63,652 nucleotides of DNA from a virus (taxonomy: Duplodnaviria > Caudoviricetes): positions 1 to 63,652 of the IMG/VR virus record IMGVR_UViG_3300030109_004674. One strand, given 5' to 3'. The number at the start of each line of letters is the position of its first letter. The stretch's first letter is position 1. Made by a program: the position numbers and the translations under genes. Below are positions 8,685-15,296 of this stretch, in pieces. The notes under the pieces were generated by a model that was not told the DNA's origin, searched no databases, and saw only the letters and a list, made by a program, of their open reading frames with translations.

Positions 8685-8795
8685 TTAACGGTTTAAAATT
8701 AGTATCCATGTAACCAGGGCAGAAGCTATGCATATTAAAAATTCGTAATTTATTTGCCCGTCGTTATTTTCAAATATTTTTTTTACTTTATTCAT
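8685..8795 (-). CDS. Small membrane peptide (36 aa)
   Basis: MNKVKKIFENNDGQINYEFLICIASALVTWILILNR; A-rich start following the hairpin (track start 8909 overlaps the upstream gene). Confidence 0.55.
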   Translation of the reverse strand: MNKVKKIFENNDGQINYEFLICIASALVTWILILNR

Positions 8796-8811
8796 TTTAA
8801 AGAGTTTTAAA

Positions 8812-8834
8812 GGGGCCCAGTTTGGGCCCTGGTT
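8812..8834 (-). repeat. GGGCCC intergenic hairpin
   Basis: AACCAGGGCCCAAACTGGGCCCC-TTTAAAA. Confidence 0.8.
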
Positions 8835-9223
8835 TATGAAATTATTTTTATTGTTCCTGCTTCCTGTATGTATTCGAACGTGTCCCCATCTGCAGAATTC
8901 ACGGCCCAAATTGGCGTATAATAGTCGTGGTATCTGTTTCCCTGGTTCATAAATCCCACAAGGGCGAAATGTGTGAAATTTTCTAGTATTTCGGTTTCAC
9001 GGTTTCCAAACGGGTTATTCTTTCTTATTTTCCCCGTGGGTGATTTGTGCAGGTTTCTAAGGTATTTGATTCCGTCGTCCCCATCGATTAAATCGATATA
9101 AATTTGCTCGTTTAAAATTTCCGTGTCTGTCCCTGCGTTTAATCTACGCTTTACCAGCAAAACATCTTTGTAGTTGATTGATTCCGCTGTGATTAATTCC
9201 TGTGTGATTTGTTTCTTTGCCAT
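8834..9223 (-). CDS. Hypothetical protein
   Basis: 129 aa preceded by the canonical start motif. Confidence 0.7.
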   Translation of the reverse strand: MAKKQITQELITAESINYKDVLLVKRRLNAGTDTEILNEQIYIDLIDGDDGIKYLRNLHKSPTGKIRKNNPFGNRETEILENFTHFALVGFMNQGNRYHDYYTPIWAVNSADGDTFEYIQEAGTIKIIS

Positions 9224-9262
9224 GATTGATAAATTTTAGAGTTTAATTAATTGAGTTTTAAA

Positions 9263-9300
9263 GGGGCCCAGCAGATGGTATGCAATGGCCGGGCCCTGGT
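9263..9300 (-). repeat. 38-bp GGGCCC hairpin repeat, copy 2
   Basis: ggggcccagcagatggtatgcaatggccgggccctggt. Confidence 0.9.
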
Positions 9301-9308
9301 GTTTAGTG

Positions 9309-9692
9309 TTAAATAGTTTTTAATAGTTCATCAAATTGTCTTTTTTCCTCGTCTATTTTGTTTTGAACGTATTCCGCGTCCGTTACAAAAACGATTCTGT
9401 CCAGGTTTATTTTTGTTGTTTCGCTATCTCCAAACATGTTTGTCGTGTACAAGATCATTTGTTTATTGGTGATTTTGTCAATATTCATCTGGTCTCCTCT
9501 TAGGTCTAACATGTATTGTATCTCGCTATTTCTTATTGCGTAGATACTTGTCAATTCTCCCTCCATTCGGCCATGTTTAGCGTATTCAATTTTGATGCCT
9601 GAAATGTGTCTGAATTCCGATTTAGTCGGGTTTAACATGTAGAAGGTTTCACCTCTTTTTAATCTGTTGATAATTTCCGTTTTCGTGTACAT
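9309..9692 (-). CDS. Hypothetical protein
   Basis: 127 aa preceded by the canonical start motif. Confidence 0.7.
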   Translation of the reverse strand: MYTKTEIINRLKRGETFYMLNPTKSEFRHISGIKIEYAKHGRMEGELTSIYAIRNSEIQYMLDLRGDQMNIDKITNKQMILYTTNMFGDSETTKINLDRIVFVTDAEYVQNKIDEEKRQFDELLKTI

Positions 9693-9728
9693 GATTGATA
9701 AATTTTAGAGTTTATTAATTTGATTTGT

Positions 9729-9857
9729 TTAAATGTTTTTTATAATGGTGTCAATAATTCCGATATAAATTGCTACAGCTAACATTCCTAGCATTAGTAT
9801 TGCGAATAATGTTTCCGCGAAAAAGTCCGATAGTATAAAAGCGATTATTTTTTTCAT
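9729..9857 (-). CDS. Small membrane protein (42 aa), first gene of the early array
   Basis: MKKIIAFILSDFFAETLFAILMLGMLAVAIYIGIIDTIIKNI*; A-rich start context. Confidence 0.55.
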   Translation of the reverse strand: MKKIIAFILSDFFAETLFAILMLGMLAVAIYIGIIDTIIKNI

Positions 9858-9901
9858 TTTAATAAAGTTTTAAAGTTGTTGCTATTAGTTCGGCAACAGG
9901 A

Positions 9902-9933
9902 CAATGATACGACGCATTATTGAATAAAGCAAA
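9902..9933 (-). promoter_or_regulatory. Putative Bacteroidota sigma70-type promoter for the early array
   Basis: TTTG-N20-TATCATTG, one mismatch to the TTTG-N19/21-TAnnTTTG consensus. Confidence 0.55.
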
Positions 9934-10187
9934 TAAAAGTTTAACTAAGGAAACTAACAAACGGCCTGGAGTCAATAAATACAGGGGTTTGAAGAGTTTA
10001 AAATTTGTTGTCGTTGTTAACTAATTGTTAACAGGTTAGGCCATTAAGAGCAAAACGGGGGACAAATAGCAGGTTAAAATTGTTCTAAGTGGTTGAGATT
10101 GTGGTAGTTGTGGGTGTTGGGTGATGTTTTTTTCCGTGGACGGCCAGACGGCCAAAAAGCCCCATAAATAAGCTACACGACGTCCTG

Positions 10188-10212
10188 TAAGTCACTGAAA
10201 ATCAATACGTTA
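10188..10212. promoter_or_regulatory. IHF-like binding site (overlapping inverted pair)
   Basis: AATCAATACGTTA (10200-10212) matches WATCAANNNNTTR; near-match TTTCAGTGACTTA on the opposite strand. Confidence 0.45.
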
Positions 10213-10413
10213 GCTGTCCTGGGCTGAGATGGTGGGGCCCCGTCGCAAAAAAAGGATTGTTATTGCTGTGATGGCTTGGCCTGGTTAAAGTTACCGATTT
10301 TCTCCTGAAAGGCTAGGGGTCGGTTCATTATAGTAATACCCCCCGACACACCAACTTCACATTTGACAGGGTATCAAAACCCTAAAGTACTGATGCACAT
10401 ACCGTTAAGCTTA

Positions 10414-10540
10414 TGCAGATGCATTGCAAGTGCATTACACATGTATTACAAGTGCATTAGTTTCGCATTGCAGATGTAATGCATACCCCATGCGGATGCA
10501 ATACAAAGGAGAAGAGAAGAGAGAAGAAGAGAGAAAAGAA
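10414..10540 (+). repeat. Iteron-like array B: eight 11-bp units plus a 36-nt purine tract (candidate origin)
   Basis: TGCAGATGCAT TGCAAGTGCAT TACACATGTAT TACAAGTGCAT TAGTTTCGCAT TGCAGATGTAA TGCATACCCCA TGCGGATGCAA, then AAAGGAGAAGAGAAGAGAG... Confidence 0.8.
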
Positions 10541-10719
10541 TATTAGTTAGCACAGCTAGCTTTTTAGTAATGCCATAATACATAATTCCGAAGGATAAAT
10601 GTAGACATGGTTTACTAGTATGAGAAAATAGATATATAGGGGAAATAATTAGTTATACTGATGGTCAGGCATTTAAGGGTTAAATAGCGTATTTGAGATT
10701 AATACAATTTGTCACTGTC

Positions 10720-10749
10720 TTGATTACAAAGGAATTTTTCATATATTTG
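10720..10749 (+). promoter_or_regulatory. Bacteroidota sigma70-type promoter
   Basis: TTG-N19-TATATTTG. Confidence 0.75.
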
Positions 10750-10753
10750 ATTA

Positions 10754-10818
10754 GGAATGATTTTCCATGAATATAAGTTTTAGAGTTTGGGGGGAGGAGT
10801 GATTACCTCCCCTTTTTT
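10754..10818 (+). ncRNA. Candidate small antisense RNA complementary to early-gene start regions
   Basis: Bounded by a consensus promoter and an intrinsic terminator; core TTCCATGAATATAAGTTTTAGAGTTT mirrors the early start motif; 5' end estimated. Confidence 0.55.
10789..10818 (+). terminator. Intrinsic terminator immediately upstream of the HNH gene
   Basis: GGGGAGG-agtgatta-CCTCCCC-TTTTTT. Confidence 0.75.
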
Positions 10819-10822
10819 GAAT

Positions 10823-11197
10823 ATGGGTAAAGAAAAAAGTAAGAGCTGGAAAAGCTACGGAAATAAGCTGCCGAGTAATGATAAAGAGTGCTTCTATTGT
10901 GGCTCTAGATTATGGGAAGGCAATCGAACTACCGACCACATTATTCCAAAAAGTAAAGGCGGTATCCTATCTAACGACAACAAAGTATATTCCTGTAAAA
11001 GATGTAATAGCTTAAAACAGGATCACTCCGTTAAGGACTTCGAAGGTATTATCAAGTTTATGGTAAGAGAGATGGATAAAGACCATGAGGCTAAAATGGA
11101 ATACTACCGTAATATTTTAATATCTCTAGAGAAGTTAAGAAAGAACAAGACGGCCAATGGAAAGACAGCTAAAGGTATTTCAAGCGATAAAGGATGA
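10823..11197 (+). CDS. HNH endonuclease (terminase-associated position)
   Basis: CFYC...TTDHIIPKSKGG...N...CKRCN; ATG at 10823 preferred over TTG at 10787, which runs through the terminator. Confidence 0.85.
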   Translation: MGKEKSKSWKSYGNKLPSNDKECFYCGSRLWEGNRTTDHIIPKSKGGILSNDNKVYSCKRCNSLKQDHSVKDFEGIIKFMVREMDKDHEAKMEYYRNILISLEKLRKNKTANGKTAKGISSDKG

Positions 11198-11702
11198 ATG
11201 TGACCGCATTGATGCTAATGTTCAATTAGAGCACGTCTATGTGATGGATAAACACACAGGGGAGTTTATACCTGTCCTAGCTGTTCTCAACGAACAAGCA
11301 CAGTTTGTATTGCAGAAGATTAGAAAAGCAATAAGGTACAAACCGGATTACGTTACGGCTTACCAGGCAAGCTCTACTGATATGGCTAAAGAATTAACCG
11401 GAAGCGAAGCAAAGGTACTTTTTTATCTGATTGGTAAAATGACTTACAACAACCTGGTAAAAGGAATTACAATGAGGGGGCTATCAAAAGGAATAGGTAT
11501 CGGTGTAAACACGGCCAAGGATGCAATTGATGGTTTAGCCCAAAAGAACTTTGTTATGATAACAGGGAAGAACATCAGGAGGACGTATCACGTAAACCCT
11601 TCTATTGTTTGGAAGGGATCGATTTACAAGAAGAAGCAGAAAGTGGATATGTTTTTTGATAACAATATCAAGGATGCAGTGGCTGCTTATAATGAAAAAT
11701 AA
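11157..11702 (+). CDS. RepL-like winged-HTH DNA-binding protein (initiator, regulator or TerS candidate)
   Basis: AKVLFYLIGKMTYNN...LSKGIGIGVNTAKDAIDGL...YHVNPSIVWKG. Confidence 0.6.
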   Translation: MERQLKVFQAIKDECDRIDANVQLEHVYVMDKHTGEFIPVLAVLNEQAQFVLQKIRKAIRYKPDYVTAYQASSTDMAKELTGSEAKVLFYLIGKMTYNNLVKGITMRGLSKGIGIGVNTAKDAIDGLAQKNFVMITGKNIRRTYHVNPSIVWKGSIYKKKQKVDMFFDNNIKDAVAAYNEK

Positions 11703-11740
11703 AATTTTGAAAAACCCTACGGGTTGTTAAGCTTGATTAT

Positions 11741-13765
11741 ATGAACCTAGGAGGCATACCTTTTTCCGCATGGAAACCTGATCATCGGCCTTTGGAATAT
11801 CCGAAGGAATTTGTCAAATGGATTGACTCTATCAATTCAGGATGGCAGAATAAAATTGATTACGAGCCTTACAACAAATGGCAGGAGCAAGCGGAGATAT
11901 GGCTACGTGATAAAACCGACATCACAGATTTTCACGATGTTGACGAACAAGCAAACTTTATTATATCTGAATACCTGAAATGTAGAGGTAACTCTCTTTA
12001 CTACTGCAACAAGCACGGATTCCTGAAAGAAGGAGACGTAGATGGAGGAGGAGTTAAGTTTGATGCATGGGAAGCCCAAAAGATAACACTGTTCCTAGCC
12101 GACTGCGGATACAACATGATGATCGGTAAAGCAAGACAGATTGGATTTACATCCACACTAGGTTTGCTCGCAGGTAAAAGAATTAATTTCAATAACTCGT
12201 ATTACGTAAAGTTTGTAACCCATACCAAGGATAAAGGGGAGGAAATTTTTCGTGATAAAATCAAGTGGGCTTTTGGTAGAGTGCCGGGGTATCTTAGGAA
12301 TGAGGTATACAACGATGCACACAACATGTTATCTCTTCAGGAAAAAGGAAAGAAAGGGGAATCAGGAGGAGCCAATTCTAGAGCAGAGGTAGTTACACCA
12401 TCTGTGGATGCAATAAACGGTGGTCAACCAAACCTTATCCTTATGGATGAGATTGGGCTAATGGATGTATTTACCGCTATGATGAAAGAAGGTAGACCTG
12501 CTTTATTCTTCTACAATCCCAAAACCAAACAAATGGAAATGAAGCGACAACTTATCGCTTGGGGTACAGGTGGGGAAATGGATAAAGGTGGTGCCGTATT
12601 CGAAGTAGAGTTTAAAGCCGCATACAAAGCCTGGAGAGAAAAAAATTATAACTACGGAATCATACCGCTATTCTTTGATGCATACGCAAGGGAAGGTATG
12701 ACCAGAGATATTATTGAAAAAGAAAAATTATACTACTATTCCGTTACAGGAGTAGAGGCTGAAAGAAGTAAGGTGCAATTTCACCAGCACTATCCAATGT
12801 CTATCGATGACATGTTTCTTCGTAAGTCCGCAACCATATTGCCTATCCATGAAATAAACAAACACATAAATAAAATCTATATGCTCAAGGAAGGTGATGA
12901 GCCTTCGTATGGATACTTCCAGCCCATATACGACATAAACGAACCAACACCTGATTTGTTTTTAAAGTATAAAGTTACAGGGGTAGAGTTTGTGAAGACT
13001 AAAGGAATACAGGACGAAAGAACAACATCAGTAATATGGAGGCACCCTGAAGAGAATTGGGAGTTCAGATACTACCAGGGAACTGACCCTATTAACTCTG
13101 AAACAGGTAAATCCAAAATGTCAACCGCAGTATGGGACGCACTTGCAATGTCTCCTGCGTGTGTAGTTAACTGGAGAATCAGGTCTTACAAGGAATGTTA
13201 TCTGCAATGCATACTTGCAGGAATGTATTACAACGTGGACAATCGTGAAACTAAAGATCTTGTCGAATCCAATATTGGTGATTCTTATTTGGATTTTAGA
13301 GAAATGCATGGATTTGAAAGAGGTGTTGTAGCTAACGCAGATTTGCCAATGTCTTTGCAAGGGGGGTCTGCAAAGTGGTGGGGTATATCCAACAAAGCAT
13401 CTACTGCAGGAAGGATTACAAACAGGATTATTGAAATGATTGAATTATATGCCGACAACATATACATTCCATGGTTCTGGATACAATGTAAAACATTTGT
13501 CGAGAAGTCTTTGAAAGGAACAACCTCGCACAGACAAAGTAGATTTCAAGCAGCTGATTTGAAGTTTGATTTTGATGATGTTATATTCTCAATAACTTAT
13601 GCGTATATTAATGCAGACGCACACAATAGATTTGAGCCAAGAAAAATTAGTGGTGCAAAATCGAACAAAGTGTTTACAAAGTACGTTCAGAATAGAGAAA
13701 CCAACTTTCAAATGCGTCTAGCACAGGTGAATGACAAAGGAGAGGTTGTTAAGTATCTTAATTAA
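11741..13765 (+). CDS. terL: Terminase large subunit
   Basis: Walker A region GKARQIGFT, Walker B LILMDE, coupling motif GTG, nuclease residues GTDP and FDDVI. Confidence 0.9.
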   Translation: MNLGGIPFSAWKPDHRPLEYPKEFVKWIDSINSGWQNKIDYEPYNKWQEQAEIWLRDKTDITDFHDVDEQANFIISEYLKCRGNSLYYCNKHGFLKEGDVDGGGVKFDAWEAQKITLFLADCGYNMMIGKARQIGFTSTLGLLAGKRINFNNSYYVKFVTHTKDKGEEIFRDKIKWAFGRVPGYLRNEVYNDAHNMLSLQEKGKKGESGGANSRAEVVTPSVDAINGGQPNLILMDEIGLMDVFTAMMKEGRPALFFYNPKTKQMEMKRQLIAWGTGGEMDKGGAVFEVEFKAAYKAWREKNYNYGIIPLFFDAYAREGMTRDIIEKEKLYYYSVTGVEAERSKVQFHQHYPMSIDDMFLRKSATILPIHEINKHINKIYMLKEGDEPSYGYFQPIYDINEPTPDLFLKYKVTGVEFVKTKGIQDERTTSVIWRHPEENWEFRYYQGTDPINSETGKSKMSTAVWDALAMSPACVVNWRIRSYKECYLQCILAGMYYNVDNRETKDLVESNIGDSYLDFREMHGFERGVVANADLPMSLQGGSAKWWGISNKASTAGRITNRIIEMIELYADNIYIPWFWIQCKTFVEKSLKGTTSHRQSRFQAADLKFDFDDVIFSITYAYINADAHNRFEPRKISGAKSNKVFTKYVQNRETNFQMRLAQVNDKGEVVKYLN

Positions 13766-13792
13766 CTAGATGATTTGTATAAGAAAAAAAAT

Positions 13793-13800
13793 TATATTTG
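13793..13800 (+). promoter_or_regulatory. TAnnTTTG (-7) promoter element
   Basis: TATATTTG in the intergenic gap. Confidence 0.55.
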
Positions 13801-13880
13801 TGAATAGTAATACTGTGCAGAGTTTTTTATAACTGTACTGAAGAACTGCATTTCTTCTGTATTAACTAAATATTTTAATC

Positions 13881-14663
13881 ATGGCAAAAAAAAATTACGA
13901 CGTAGCCGTACTTAACACTCTGCAAGCTTCGGGAGCAGATATTGTTATTTCAAATGGAAAAGTGTCGCTGGACTCAGGAGCAGCAGACCAAATTTTACCG
14001 ATACAATGGAAGAATATTGTGTCTTATTCAAAAACATCTTATGCAGCAGGTACTGCCGAAAAAGAGTATATTGATTTTACAGCAATTACTCCAGCAGCTA
14101 ATACCGAGTACACACTTTCAGTTAAGCATAACGGAAAAACAAGAACGTACTCCATGATTGGTAAAACCGCACCTACTAACGCTGCAGCAATTGTTACAGC
14201 TATTGTAGCTGATGTAAACAATGATCCTAACGCTGTTGTAACTGCAGTTGCTTCAACAAACGTAGTTCAGCTTACAATGAAGGCTTCGGCTTTATCAGGA
14301 GGAGGTATTACTTCATCATCAGCTGGTGCATCGGTTACTACAAATACTGCTTTTGTAGCTCCGGCAGGAAGTGCTGCTGAAGTTGAAGCAGCTAGAAAAG
14401 GGGCATCACAAACTAATGGAGAGTACACTAAGTATTCTATTATTTACGATAAGCCTGTTTCGCATAACGCTATTAGTGGACAAAAAGCTTTCTTGGAAGT
14501 AGAAGCTGTAATTTATGTTCGTGAAGGTGCAACAAACTTCTCTGATTTAGAAACAGATATTGACCAAATTTTAGCTCAAACAGCATCTTCCGGATCTAGA
14601 GGTTTGGATACCGCAAGCATTGCAGCATTAGCAGGGTCTGTAAAGAATTATATTACTATTTAA
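13881..14663 (+). CDS. Probable virion structural protein (capsid auxiliary/decoration candidate)
   Basis: Ala/Thr-rich, beta-like 260 aa with its own promoter and terminator. Confidence 0.55.
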   Translation: MAKKNYDVAVLNTLQASGADIVISNGKVSLDSGAADQILPIQWKNIVSYSKTSYAAGTAEKEYIDFTAITPAANTEYTLSVKHNGKTRTYSMIGKTAPTNAAAIVTAIVADVNNDPNAVVTAVASTNVVQLTMKASALSGGGITSSSAGASVTTNTAFVAPAGSAAEVEAARKGASQTNGEYTKYSIIYDKPVSHNAISGQKAFLEVEAVIYVREGATNFSDLETDIDQILAQTASSGSRGLDTASIAALAGSVKNYITI

Positions 14664-14668
14664 AAAAC

Positions 14669-14694
14669 GGGGGAGTATACCTCCCCTTCTTTTT
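14669..14694 (+). terminator. Intrinsic terminator
   Basis: GGGGGAG-tatac-CTCCCCT-TCTTTTT. Confidence 0.7.
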
Positions 14695-14709
14695 ATCGTA
14701 AAATGAGAA

Positions 14710-15285
14710 ATGAGTAAAGAGTTAGTAATTTCATTATTTGAACCATCCAAGCGAGATATGAAGCTGGATTATCCAGAACTCGCAGATGTAGAAGAATTTG
14801 AGGAATTAAACGCAAGAGAATTAAAGTTTTGTTGGTATGTAGGAAATCGTACTAGCCCTTTAGCAAAACTGGACAAAAAGATTAGAGTTGTGCAAGCAGC
14901 TGAAACTGCGTTTGAAGGATACCGAAGAGATAAATCGATGATAGACGGTTTACGAAAAGGAATTATACCTTCAAAGCTAAAGCTGGCAATTGCAAAAATG
15001 ACTACTTATGTTCCAACTGTAAGACTAAAAGCAAAGTTAAATACCGAGTATATTTTTGAAGCAATGCAAGATCTTGTTATAATTGACAAGCAAACCAGGA
15101 AGATGATGACTGGTGATGAAAAGAAAGAATATCAAGCATTACTATCTAAGGTATCGGCAGATTTGCCAAAACTTGTAGATAGGATAGAAGGTGGTTTCGG
15201 TATTAAGATAGTTGAGAAAAACAATCGTAAAGCTGAAGTTAAGATATCGCTTAAAGATGTTTTATCAGAAATAGACCAAGATTAA
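14710..15285 (+). CDS. Hypothetical protein (head module)
   Basis: 191 aa directly before the portal. Confidence 0.7.
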   Translation: MSKELVISLFEPSKRDMKLDYPELADVEEFEELNARELKFCWYVGNRTSPLAKLDKKIRVVQAAETAFEGYRRDKSMIDGLRKGIIPSKLKLAIAKMTTYVPTVRLKAKLNTEYIFEAMQDLVIIDKQTRKMMTGDEKKEYQALLSKVSADLPKLVDRIEGGFGIKIVEKNNRKAEVKISLKDVLSEIDQD

Positions 15286-15296
15286 AACTTTAAAGT

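Noticed and set aside
4736-9300. GGGCCC repeats as a CRISPR array or integron attC sites
   Set aside because: They are separated by whole genes of variable length; no cas or intI gene; no RYYYAAC/GTTRRRY box architecture.
10414-10501. 11-bp repeats as a mini-CRISPR or a coding repeat
   Set aside because: Units are contiguous with no spacers, and the reading frames through them are short.
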